From positions 1-52,346 of the forward strand of contig JAILGI010000044.1 in NCBI GenBank assembly GCA_024696885.1: 52,346 bases of DNA. The letters run 5' to 3'. Each line of letters starts with the position of its first letter. Position 1 is the first letter of the stretch. Origin of the DNA: Bacilli bacterium (lineage in GTDB: Bacteria > Bacillota_I > Bacilli_A > RFN20 > CAG-826). Under the pieces are notes generated by a model. The model was not told the origin of the DNA and did not search any database. It saw only the letters and a program-made list of their open reading frames with translations. Made by a program: the position numbers and the translations under genes. Of the stretch, positions 27,978-37,511 are shown in pieces.

Positions 27978-30197
27978 ATGGCAGAGACGAAAAAAGAAAC
28001 ATTGATTAATGGTGGTTATCCTCTTCATACATTTAATGACGTAGAAGAGTTATATTTGCCATACATTTCTTCTTTAGAAGACCGTCAAAGAATTCGCGAT
28101 GCTTATGAATTTATTTTGAAAAAACACGAAGGTCAATTAAGAAAAAGTGGTGAACCATATTACCATCATTTAATTGAAGTGGCATATATTGTTGCTAATC
28201 TTCATACTGGTCCTAATACAATTATCGCTGCACTTCTTCACGACGTTGTCGAAGACACTGATACTTCTATTGAAGATATTGAAAAAAAGTGGGGCGATGA
28301 AGTAGCTCATTTAGTGGATTCTTTAACCAAGATTCAAAGATTAAAGCTTTCCAAAATTACCAGTGAGGAATTTGAAGCAGAAGACCATCGTAAGATATTC
28401 ATTGGAATGGCCAAAGATATCCGTGTCATCATCATCAAATTAGCGGATCGTCTCCATAATATGCGCACATTATGCGCGCTATCTCACGAAAGACAAATAA
28501 GCATGTCTAAAGAAACAGCGGAAGTCTTTGTTCCAATCGCTCATCGAATCGGTTTAGATGCGATTAAGAGTGAGATGGAAGACCTCTGCTTGAAATATCT
28601 ACATCCTGTGGAATATAAGGAAATCAAGAACCTCTTATCCAAAAAGGAAAAATACTTAAAGAAATCACTCGATGGATTAAAGAAACGTTTAGCGGATATT
28701 CTTTTAGAAAACAACATTCCATTTAATGTTTCATCACGCGTTAAATCCATCGCTTCCATTTATAACAAAATGTACGTAAAAGGTCATATTTTTAACGAGA
28801 TTTATGACATATTAGCGTTAAGAATTATCACTGATACTGAACTACACTGTTATGAAATTTTAGGTTTAATCCATAAAACGTATAAACCAGTTCCTGGTCG
28901 TTTTAAAGATTATATCGCTATGCCTAAACCAAACCTCTATCAATCCTTACACACCACAATCGTGTCGGGTGATGGTAACTTCTATGAAGTCCAAATTCGC
29001 ACCAACGAGATGGATGAAGTGGCGGAAAGTGGTGTTGCCGCTCATTGGGCTTATAAAGAAGGTAGTGGATATAATTCTAAACAAGAACAACAGGAAATTG
29101 AAAATAAACTTCACTGGTTTAGAGACTTTGTCTCCATTTCTAGCGATACAGAAGGTGGTTCCGCCACTGAATATATGGATGCTCTGACACATGATATTTT
29201 TGAAAGCAGCGTCTATGTCTTCACCCCAAAAGGCAAAGTTGTGGAATTACCAATGGGTAGCACTCCGGTCGACTTTGCTTATCGTATCCATACGAAAGTG
29301 GGTGACACTACGGTTGGTGCACTCGTTAATAACGTGATGGTCCCATTAAACACCTTTTTAAAGACAGGTGATATGGTGGAAATTAAAACGAATAAGAATT
29401 CACCTGGACCAAGCGAAGGTTGGCTCGAGTTCGTCCGTAGCAATAGCGCTAAATCCGCAATCAAAAAATTCATCGCTAAGAAGAACGCTGAGTTAGTTAA
29501 AGAAGAGAAGGTTGCCAGAGGCAAAAATAGTTGTATTGATGCCTTTAAAGATCGAGGAATTGGCGAAGAAGAAATGATGGAATATCTCAATAATCCATCC
29601 TTGCTACAACACTTCGAATTTGAATCTCTTGATGATTTATTTGTTGCCGTCAGCGGTCGTAAACCATCTCCAGGTGCGATTATCGACTATTTAAGAATTA
29701 AAAAGCCAATTGTTATTCCAAATAACGGCAAAATCAAGACATCTTCTGGTTCTGATTGCCCTGTTTATTGCAAAGGCGTTGGTAGGATTGCCATTAGTCT
29801 AGCAAGCTGCTGTACACCTATCCCTGGCGATGATATTGTTGGATATATTACCAAAGGTAAAGGCATAACTGTTCACCGCAAAACATGCCCGAATATGTTG
29901 CATCAAAAGGCACGTCTTGTCGATGTCTATTGGCGTGATGACTTACAGTTTGCTACCTACCCAGTTGATGCCATTATCGAAAGTAGTGATCGTCCAAACT
30001 TATTAGTGGACATCATGCACTGTTTAACCGCTCAAAAGGTGACATTGACCAATTTACACGCCAAACGAAATGATACTAATTTAACAACAACAATTACAGT
30101 TTCCTTTTATGTCAGCGACGCCAAACGTTTGAATGATATATTCAATGTTTTAAAAGGTATCACTGGTATCTACACTGTAACCCGTTTAATACACTAA
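27978..30197 (+). CDS. relA: bifunctional (p)ppGpp synthetase/hydrolase Rel
   Basis: HD domain (HHLIEVA..LLHDVVEDT), synthetase domain (YQSLHTTI), TGS and ACT regions; 739 aa. Confidence 0.95.
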   Translation: MAETKKETLINGGYPLHTFNDVEELYLPYISSLEDRQRIRDAYEFILKKHEGQLRKSGEPYYHHLIEVAYIVANLHTGPNTIIAALLHDVVEDTDTSIEDIEKKWGDEVAHLVDSLTKIQRLKLSKITSEEFEAEDHRKIFIGMAKDIRVIIIKLADRLHNMRTLCALSHERQISMSKETAEVFVPIAHRIGLDAIKSEMEDLCLKYLHPVEYKEIKNLLSKKEKYLKKSLDGLKKRLADILLENNIPFNVSSRVKSIASIYNKMYVKGHIFNEIYDILALRIITDTELHCYEILGLIHKTYKPVPGRFKDYIAMPKPNLYQSLHTTIVSGDGNFYEVQIRTNEMDEVAESGVAAHWAYKEGSGYNSKQEQQEIENKLHWFRDFVSISSDTEGGSATEYMDALTHDIFESSVYVFTPKGKVVELPMGSTPVDFAYRIHTKVGDTTVGALVNNVMVPLNTFLKTGDMVEIKTNKNSPGPSEGWLEFVRSNSAKSAIKKFIAKKNAELVKEEKVARGKNSCIDAFKDRGIGEEEMMEYLNNPSLLQHFEFESLDDLFVAVSGRKPSPGAIIDYLRIKKPIVIPNNGKIKTSSGSDCPVYCKGVGRIAISLASCCTPIPGDDIVGYITKGKGITVHRKTCPNMLHQKARLVDVYWRDDLQFATYPVDAIIESSDRPNLLVDIMHCLTAQKVTLTNLHAKRNDTNLTTTITVSFYVSDAKRLNDIFNVLKGITGIYTVTRLIH

Positions 30198-30208
30198 GGA
30201 GGAGTTTT

Positions 30209-31525
30209 ATGTCAATTATTAATGTCAAAGGAACTCATGATATTATTGGTAAAGAAAGTGAATTGTTCCACTATGTGGAAAGTTTAATGCGCTTAATTAG
30301 TAAGCAATATGCTTTTAGCGAAGTCCGTCCCCCTGTTTTAGAACATAGCGAACTTTTTGTTCGTGGTGTTGGCGAATCTAGTGATGTCGTGAGAAAAGAA
30401 ATGTATACATTCCTTGATAAAGGAGAAAGAAGTCTCACATTAAGACCAGAATTCACCGCGGGAATTATGCGTTTAATCGTGCAAAATAAGCTATATGCGA
30501 CAAACGATTTACCACTTAAATATTTTTATTTAGGTCCTGTTTTCCGTTATGAAAGACCACAATTAGGACGTTATCGTCAATTCAACCAATTCGGTGTTGA
30601 ATGCGTTGGTGGTAATTCCTATTTCTACGATGTAGAAACCATCTCCTTAGCCTATGATATTTTGAAATCTTTAAAACTTAATAACGTTGTTATTAAAATT
30701 AATACCTTAGGTGATGAAGAAAGCCGTAATAACTATCGTTTAGCTTTAAAGGAATTCTTCAAAGAACATATCATCGATATGTGTGAAGATTGTAAACAAA
30801 GATATGAACTTAATCCATTGCGCATTCTTGATTGCAAGGTTCCCGAAGATCAAGAAATCGTCAAGAACGCTCCTAAGATGAGTGATTATCTAACTAACGA
30901 AAGTAAAGAGAGATTCCAACGCGTTTTATCCGCTTTAGAACAATTAGAAATTCCTTATATTGTGGATGATGGTCTAGTCAGAGGTTTAGATTATTATTCT
31001 GAAACCGTTTTTGAATTCCATTACACTTCCCAAAATGGGAACAATTATGGCGCGATAGGCGCAGGTGGGCATTACTCGCACCTCGTGAAAGAAGTCGGTG
31101 GACCAGATATCCCCGGTATCGGTTTTTCTTTCGGAGTGGAAAGAATTGTCTCCGTCTTAAAAGACGATAATATCTTAAACGAAGAAAAAATCGATGACCG
31201 AGTGGACTTCTACGTCATGCCAATCGGTGAAGAAAACCTCAATTATGCCTATGAAATAGCCAGAAAGATTCGCCATTTAGATTTTAGTGTCGATATTTGC
31301 TTAGAAAAAGCCAAGGTTCCAGCAATGTTTAAGCGCGCGGAAAAGAAGAATGTGAGATTCGCTATTATCATCGGTGAAAACGAAGTTAAAGAAAGAAAGA
31401 TTATTATCAAAAACTTAGCTTCACAACAACAAATTGAATTATCAGAAGATAAAATCTTCTCAGATATATACGATATCTACGATCAATGCTTCAGCTGTGA
31501 TGGCGATTGTGAGAATTGTAGATAA
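30209..31525 (+). CDS. hisS: histidine--tRNA ligase
   Basis: Class II motifs (RPEFTAG, FRYERPQLGRYRQF, GGGRYD-like GAGGHYS); RBS AGGAGG. Confidence 0.9.
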   Translation: MSIINVKGTHDIIGKESELFHYVESLMRLISKQYAFSEVRPPVLEHSELFVRGVGESSDVVRKEMYTFLDKGERSLTLRPEFTAGIMRLIVQNKLYATNDLPLKYFYLGPVFRYERPQLGRYRQFNQFGVECVGGNSYFYDVETISLAYDILKSLKLNNVVIKINTLGDEESRNNYRLALKEFFKEHIIDMCEDCKQRYELNPLRILDCKVPEDQEIVKNAPKMSDYLTNESKERFQRVLSALEQLEIPYIVDDGLVRGLDYYSETVFEFHYTSQNGNNYGAIGAGGHYSHLVKEVGGPDIPGIGFSFGVERIVSVLKDDNILNEEKIDDRVDFYVMPIGEENLNYAYEIARKIRHLDFSVDICLEKAKVPAMFKRAEKKNVRFAIIIGENEVKERKIIIKNLASQQQIELSEDKIFSDIYDIYDQCFSCDGDCENCR

Positions 31526-31536
31526 AGGAGTTTATA

Positions 31537-33260
31537 TGGAAAGAACACATTACAATACAGCATTAAGTGAAAAGAATGTTGGCGAACACGTCACCCTTTT
31601 AGGGTGGGTCAGTAAAAGAAGAAACTTTGGTTCCATTTTATTTATCGATTTAAGAGATAGAAGTGGCATCATCCAAATCTTAGTTAATGATGCGGACAAA
31701 GTACCGGATATTCGTAACGAATATGTCATCCAGGTCAAGGGCGTCGTCCAATTAAAAGAACAAGCAAATGAAAAATTAAAGACCGGTAAGATTGAAGTCC
31801 TCGCTGAAGAAATTAAAGTCATCAATACCGCGAAGACAACTCCCATTATTATCGCGGATGAAACAGATGCATTAGAGGATACAAGATTAAAGTATCGTTA
31901 TCTCGATTTACGTAGACCATGCATGCAACATTATTTTGATATTCGTGACCAAATTAAAATCACGACACACAAGTATTTGCATGAACACAATTTCATAGAA
32001 ATTGAAACACCAATGCTCTGCGCTTCTTCACCAGAAGGCGCCAAGGAATATTTAGTTCCTTCACGTGTACACCCAGGTCAATTCTATGCGCTCCCACAAA
32101 GCCCACAAATGTTTAAACAACTCTTAATGGTGGGTGGTTTTGAAAGATATTACCAAATCGCTCGTTGTTTTAGAGACGAAGACTTACGTGCGGATAGACA
32201 ACCAGACTTCACCCAAATCGATATTGAAACATCCTTCTTGGATCAAGACCAATTCTTACCCATTATGGAAGGATTAATTAAAGAAATCTTTAAAAACACC
32301 ATCGGTTACGAAGTAAAACTTCCTCTTCGTCAAATGACTTATAAAGAAGCGATGGAAAGATTTGGTAGTGATAAACCAGATACTCGTTTCGGTATTGAAC
32401 TCCATGACTTAAAAGAAGTTTTCAAGAATACAACCTTTGAAGCTTATAAAAACGCAGAAGCAATTAAAGGTATCGCCGTTAATAGTGTGGCCCATGAAAC
32501 CAGCCGTAAAGTTATTGATAACTTAACTTTAGAAGCGAAGAAATTCGGTTTAGGCGGTTTGGCAGTCTTAAAAGTGGAGAACGGGGAGTTGACCGGTTCC
32601 TTCGCTAAATTCCTCTTAAAAGAGGAAATTGAAGCCTTATTTAAAGAATTTGGCTTACAAGATGATGACATTTTAATCATGGCCGCAGGTGCATATAACA
32701 GAGTATCCCCATTATTAGGCGCATTACGCTTACAATATGGAAAACAACTCGGTTTAATCAAGCCAAATACTTATGATCTTTTATGGGTCATTGATTTCCC
32801 AATGTTTGAAAGAGATTTAGAAACCGGTAAGATGGTGGCTTCTCATCACCCATTTACCCGCCCTAAAGATGAAGATTTGCATTGGTTAGATGAAGACCCC
32901 ACCCAAATGTTAAGCTATGCTTACGATATCGTTATTAATGGTTATGAAGCAGGTGGTGGTACACTCCGTATTTATGACCAAAACGTGCAAAAGAAAATAT
33001 TCAATATTTTAGGTTTAAGCGATAAAGAAGTTGAAGAGAAATTTGGCTACTTTGTCGATGCCTTACAATATGGCACACCACCTCATGGCGGTATGGCATT
33101 TGGCCTTGATCGTTTAGCGATGATTCTCGGTGGAACTGATAATATTAGAGATGTTATCGCCTTCCCAAAGAACTTGGCCGCAGTATGCCCGATGTCAGGC
33201 GCTCCAACGACTGTTACAGAGCAACAATTGGATGACCTTGGTATTGAGGTTAAGAAATAG
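31537..33260 (+). CDS. aspS: aspartate--tRNA ligase
   Basis: MERTHYNTALSEKNVGEHVTLLGWV..., FRDEDLRADRQPDFTQIDIE, GLDRL. Start set at ATG 31537 behind AAGGAG; the ORF-track 31434 start overlaps hisS. Confidence 0.95.
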
Positions 33261-33261
33261 T

Positions 33262-33281
33262 TATAAATCTTAAGATTTATA
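33262..33281. repeat. perfect 20-bp AT-rich palindrome
   Basis: TATAAATCTT/AAGATTTATA lies immediately after the aspS stop and 3 nt before repeat locus B. Confidence 0.85.
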
Positions 33282-33284
33282 TAA

Positions 33285-33312
33285 ATACTAATAAACTACT
33301 AAAAATCTACTA
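33285..33312 (-). repeat. 11-bp-phased TAGTAG array, locus B (3 units)
   Basis: + strand cores ATACTA 33285, CTACTA 33296, CTACTA 33307, spaced exactly 11 bp. The array ends 5 nt before the tkt RBS GGAG. Confidence 0.85.
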
Positions 33313-33328
33313 ATCAAGGAGAAACAAA

Positions 33329-35299
33329 ATGAGAAAAATTGATGAATTAGCAGTTAGCGCAATTAGAGCACTTTGTATTGATGAAATCAATAAAGCGAAT
33401 TCTGGTCACCCAGGCATGGCTTTAGGTAGCGCACCAATCCTTTACACCTTATGGACAAGACATTTAGTCAATGATCCAAAAGATCCAGAATGGTTTAACC
33501 GTGACAGATTTGTCCTAAGCGCAGGACACGCAAGTGCTTTACTTTATTCCATTCTTCATATCGCAGGATACGAAGTAAGCATGGAAGACATTCAGCATTT
33601 CCGTCAAATCGATTCCTTAACTCCTGGACATCCTGAATATAGATGGACAAAAGGTGTCGATGCGACAAGCGGACCTTTAGGTCAAGGTATCGCTCAAGCT
33701 GTTGGTATGGCCATGGCGGAAGCGAGCGTAGCCGCTAATTACACTGATGGTCAAAGATTAATGAATCATTACACATATGCTTTATGTGGTGATGGTTGTT
33801 TACACGAAGGTATTAGCCAAGAAGCTATCTCCTTAGCGGGACATCAAAAACTCAATAAACTCATTTTGTTATATGATGCTAATCAAGTTACACTTGATGG
33901 TGCACTTGACTTATCATTCTCCGAAGAAGTTAAAACTCGTTTTATCGCCAGTGAATGGAACGTCTTAGAAGTTGAAAACGGTCAAGATGTTGATGCGATT
34001 GACGCAGCTATTAAAGAAGCTAAAAAGTCTTTAGACAAACCAACCATGATTATGGTTCACACCGTTATTGGTTATGGTTCTGCAAAGCAAGGCACAAGCA
34101 AAGTCCACGGCTCACCTTTAGGTGTGGAAGATGGACATCATGCAAAAGTGGATGTTTATGGTTATGATCATCCTGATTTCTTTGTTCCTGAAGAAGTCTA
34201 TGCAGAATTCAAGAATACATTTGCCGCTAGAGGCGAAAAAGCACACGCTGATTGGAATGAAGAATTAAAGGCGTATGGTAAAGAACATAAAGCGGAATTA
34301 GAAAGATTCTTATCTTTGATAAATCCTGATGTTTCTTCCTTATTACCAAATGAACTCCCAAAATTCGAAGAAGGAAGCGCGACATCAACACGTGTTGCTA
34401 GCGGCAAAGCATTGAATGCTTATATGAACGTGTTACCTAATTTAATCGGTGGTTCCGCTGACGTTGCGGGTTCCGTTATGACTAAGTTAGATGGCGGTGT
34501 CAATTTTGATGCTTCTCATAGAGAAGGACATAACATTAACTGGGGTATTCGTGAATTTGCGATGGCCTCCGCTCAAAATGGTATGCTTCTCCATGGTGGA
34601 TTAAGAACATATGTCGGTTGTTTCTGCGTCTTCGCGGATTATATGAAACCCGCAATTCGTATGGCAGCCTTATCTCATCTTCCAGCTATCTATCTATTCT
34701 CTCATGATAGTATCGCGGTAGGCGAAGATGGACCAACCCACCAACCAATTGAACAATTAGCAATGCTTCGTTCTATTCCAAATACCAGAACCATTCGTCC
34801 AGCGGATGAAAGAGAAACATATGCTTCTTGGTTAATGGCGTTAAGAAGCACAAAAACACCAACTGCGCTTATCTTATCACGTCAAAACTTACCATTATTA
34901 AGCGGTAGTTCTCTAGAAGGCGTCGAAAAAGGTGCTTATGTGATCTCTAAAGAAGCCAAAGAAGCCCAATACATTTTGATCGCCACAGGTAGTGAAGTCT
35001 CCTTAGCGATTGATGCACAAAAGAAACTTTTAGAAGAAGGCATTGATGTTCGCGTTGTCTCCATGCCATCATGGGAACTCTTTGAAGAACAAGATGAATC
35101 CTATAAAGATAGCGTTTTATCACTTCCAAGATGCAAGAGAGTGTCTGTTGAAATGCTTTCAACCTTTGGTTGGGATAGATACGCAAAGCATCATATGGGA
35201 TTAGATTGTTTCGGTGCTTCCGCCCCAGCAAAAGATGTCATTAAGAAGTTTGATTTCACCGCTGATCATCTCGTTAGATTAGTGAAAGACATTAAATAA
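33329..35299 (+). CDS. tkt: transketolase
   Basis: SGHPGMALG, GDGCLHEGIS, TPP/pyrimidine-binding domains; 656 aa. Confidence 0.95.
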   Translation: MRKIDELAVSAIRALCIDEINKANSGHPGMALGSAPILYTLWTRHLVNDPKDPEWFNRDRFVLSAGHASALLYSILHIAGYEVSMEDIQHFRQIDSLTPGHPEYRWTKGVDATSGPLGQGIAQAVGMAMAEASVAANYTDGQRLMNHYTYALCGDGCLHEGISQEAISLAGHQKLNKLILLYDANQVTLDGALDLSFSEEVKTRFIASEWNVLEVENGQDVDAIDAAIKEAKKSLDKPTMIMVHTVIGYGSAKQGTSKVHGSPLGVEDGHHAKVDVYGYDHPDFFVPEEVYAEFKNTFAARGEKAHADWNEELKAYGKEHKAELERFLSLINPDVSSLLPNELPKFEEGSATSTRVASGKALNAYMNVLPNLIGGSADVAGSVMTKLDGGVNFDASHREGHNINWGIREFAMASAQNGMLLHGGLRTYVGCFCVFADYMKPAIRMAALSHLPAIYLFSHDSIAVGEDGPTHQPIEQLAMLRSIPNTRTIRPADERETYASWLMALRSTKTPTALILSRQNLPLLSGSSLEGVEKGAYVISKEAKEAQYILIATGSEVSLAIDAQKKLLEEGIDVRVVSMPSWELFEEQDESYKDSVLSLPRCKRVSVEMLSTFGWDRYAKHHMGLDCFGASAPAKDVIKKFDFTADHLVRLVKDIK

Positions 35300-35307
35300 A
35301 TAAGAAT

Positions 35308-35327
35308 AAGTGGGAGACCCACTTTTT
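35308..35327 (+). terminator. rho-independent terminator after tkt
   Basis: AAGTGGG-AGA-CCCACTT, then TTT. Confidence 0.8.
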
Positions 35328-35386
35328 CTTTTGCTGCTTCATAAACTCAACTTGTAAGTTATATATATTTCATATAATATATACGT

Positions 35387-35722
35387 ATGGGAAAATACAT
35401 TTACATCGATAAAGATTCACAAAAAGGGCGCTTTGGTATTGGCGTTGGTGTTTTTACATCACTTACCTATGAAGCTTTAAAGCGTATTCCTGATTTGATT
35501 CACGAAGTCGAGAATAAGAAGAAATACCGCACTCACCTTAATAAGGTGGAAAGCGAAATCCATCATGGAGTCGTGGAAATCAAGGTTGAAGTCTTTGTGA
35601 AAAAAGGCGTCAATTTAAAAACCACCAAAGAGAGAATTATCGAAGAAGTTAATTCCATCTTTATGATGATGGCGGAACAAATCCCTGTTGAAGTCAAAGT
35701 TAAATTTGAACAATTAGATTAA
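35387..35722 (+). CDS. Asp23/Gls24-family protein (YqhY-like)
   Basis: 111 aa. Its position directly upstream of nusB matches B. subtilis yqhY. The sequence match is weak and judged only by eye. Confidence 0.6.
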   Translation: MGKYIYIDKDSQKGRFGIGVGVFTSLTYEALKRIPDLIHEVENKKKYRTHLNKVESEIHHGVVEIKVEVFVKKGVNLKTTKERIIEEVNSIFMMMAEQIPVEVKVKFEQLD

Positions 35723-35723
35723 T

Positions 35724-36134
35724 ATGGCCTTATCTAGACAAAAAGAACATTATGTAATAATGACAGTCATTTATGATGAACTGTCTGATTTTGTCTTGGG
35801 TAAAGGTGAGAATTTCCGTGATGCCAGAGATTTAATGATCTCTTTATCAGAATGTCCTTATGAGGAAATCAGCGACTATATGAAAAACGTTGTGTCTTAT
35901 TCTTTGAACAACTACGGCAAGATTAGAGATATATGTACACCATATTTACGCGGATGGAAATGGGATAGACTTCCCTTATTAACACAATCAATTCTTTTGA
36001 TGAGCTATGCTCACATGCAAGTGGAAAAAGTCGACAAGCGCATTGTTATTAATGTGGCAGTCGATTTAGCCAAGCAATATATTGAAGAAAAACAAGCCAA
36101 ATTTATCAACGCCATTCTTGATGAGGTGCTTTAA
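35724..36134 (+). CDS. nusB: transcription antitermination factor NusB
   Basis: C-terminal INVAVDLAKQY...KFINAILDEV signature; 136 aa. Confidence 0.85.
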   Translation: MALSRQKEHYVIMTVIYDELSDFVLGKGENFRDARDLMISLSECPYEEISDYMKNVVSYSLNNYGKIRDICTPYLRGWKWDRLPLLTQSILLMSYAHMQVEKVDKRIVINVAVDLAKQYIEEKQAKFINAILDEVL

Positions 36135-37279
36135 TGCTCCCTACAAGGACTGTTTATACTGTTAGCGATATAAATCGCTATATCAAAACTTTAATTACAA
36201 ATGATGAAAATTTAAAATTCATCTATGTGAAAGGTGAAATAAGCAATTTCAAGCCAGGCGCGAATGGGCACCTTTATTTTTCTCTGAAAGATAAAGATTG
36301 CCTAATTAATGTCGCGATGTTTAATAACTACGCCAAAAATATCGCTTTTGTGCCCAAAAACGGCGATGAGGTCGTCATTTTAGCGTCCGCGGATGTTTAT
36401 CCCGCCCGTGGAACTTATCAGCTTCTCGCTTTTGAAATGAGCCAAGTTGGTTTAGGTGACATCTTAGTGGAATTGGAAAAGCTGAAAAAGCAACTTCAAT
36501 CTGAAGGATTATTTGAACAAAGCCGTAAAAGACCAATCAATATCTATCCAAAAGCCATCGGAGTCATAACAGCGAAGAATTCCGCGGCTATTAAAGATAT
36601 TTTAACTAATGTTAAAAGAAGATATCCAATCACAGATATCTACGTTTTTTATAGCGCAGTCCAAGGCGAAAGCGCGCCTAAGGAATTATTAAGAGCGTTC
36701 GAAGAAAGCCAAAAATACAATTTAGACACTTTGATTATCGGACGTGGCGGGGGCGCAAGTGAAGATTTAAGCGCTTTTAACGATGAAAAGTTAGTGAGAG
36801 CGATTGCTAGCAGCAAAATGCCAGTTATCGCTGCTGTAGGCCATGAAATTGATAGTACATTAGTGGACTTCGTAGCTGATAAACGTGCCAGTACACCTAC
36901 AGGCGCTGCCGAATTAGCGGTTGTGGATCGTAGAGAAATAGAACAGAAATTCCAATATGCTTTAGATGATATGAAAACCGCGATTAAGGACAAATTGGTG
37001 GATATGAAAGATAGTGTTTCTTCTTTAAAAGAAGAATTAGATGAAGAAATGCTTGAATATATCAAAGATAAACAAAGAAACTTAAAGAATTTAAAAGATC
37101 GTTTAGAAGCTTTGTCGCCTTTAAGTGTCCTTGATAGAGGATTCTCCATTACAGAAAAAGAAAATGGCGAATTAATAAAAGACGTAAAAGATTTACAAAA
37201 GGATGATAAAGTCATAACAATATTGAAAACCGGTACTATTTATAGTAAGGTAGAGAAAGTTGAAGGTAATAAAAAATGA
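36134..37279 (+). CDS. xseA: exodeoxyribonuclease VII large subunit
   Basis: YTVSDINRYIK...GEISNF OB-fold N-terminus, GRGGGASEDL. Confidence 0.9.
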   Translation: MLPTRTVYTVSDINRYIKTLITNDENLKFIYVKGEISNFKPGANGHLYFSLKDKDCLINVAMFNNYAKNIAFVPKNGDEVVILASADVYPARGTYQLLAFEMSQVGLGDILVELEKLKKQLQSEGLFEQSRKRPINIYPKAIGVITAKNSAAIKDILTNVKRRYPITDIYVFYSAVQGESAPKELLRAFEESQKYNLDTLIIGRGGGASEDLSAFNDEKLVRAIASSKMPVIAAVGHEIDSTLVDFVADKRASTPTGAAELAVVDRREIEQKFQYALDDMKTAIKDKLVDMKDSVSSLKEELDEEMLEYIKDKQRNLKNLKDRLEALSPLSVLDRGFSITEKENGELIKDVKDLQKDDKVITILKTGTIYSKVEKVEGNKK

Positions 37280-37470
37280 TGGATGAAAAAATGGATTTTC
37301 AAACTGCCAGTCGTAGATTAGAAGAGATTGTAGAGCTCATCTCCAATCAATCTTTATCCCTTCAAGAAAGCCTTAAATTATATGAAGAAGGCCAAGAAAT
37401 TATCAAAATGTTAACAAAAGAGTTAAATGACGCTGAAGAAAAAGTGGAAAAGATTGTCGACATCAAATAA
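37276..37470 (+). CDS. xseB: exodeoxyribonuclease VII small subunit
   Basis: FQTASRRLEEIVELI...LSLQESLKLYEEG; overlaps the xseA stop. Confidence 0.9.
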   Translation: MMDEKMDFQTASRRLEEIVELISNQSLSLQESLKLYEEGQEIIKMLTKELNDAEEKVEKIVDIK

Positions 37471-37483
37471 TTTTGAAATTTGT

Positions 37484-37511
37484 TAGTAATTAATTAGTAG
37501 ATTTTTAGTAT
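37484..37511 (+). repeat. 11-bp-phased TAGTAG array, locus C (3 units)
   Basis: Cores TAGTAA 37484, TAGTAG 37495, TAGTAT 37506. The third core ends 1 nt before the A of the dxs ATG (37512). Confidence 0.85.

Noticed and set aside
31434-31536. ORF-track N-terminal extensions of aspS (31434), tig (6907), the aminotransferase (1191) and the second ABC gene (26108).
   Set aside because: The extensions overlap upstream genes or lack an RBS. In each case a downstream ATG preceded by a GGAG-type SD restores the canonical conserved N-terminus.
36649-37215. Long antisense ORFs inside conserved genes. Examples: 36649..37215 (-) in xseA, 26539..26898 (-), 40825..41193 (-), 45698..46147 (+), 5349..5792 (+), 47395..47823 (+).
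   Set aside because: These are shadow ORFs opposite strongly conserved coding frames. They have Ser/Leu/Phe-rich low-complexity translations, no RBS and no recognisable motifs.
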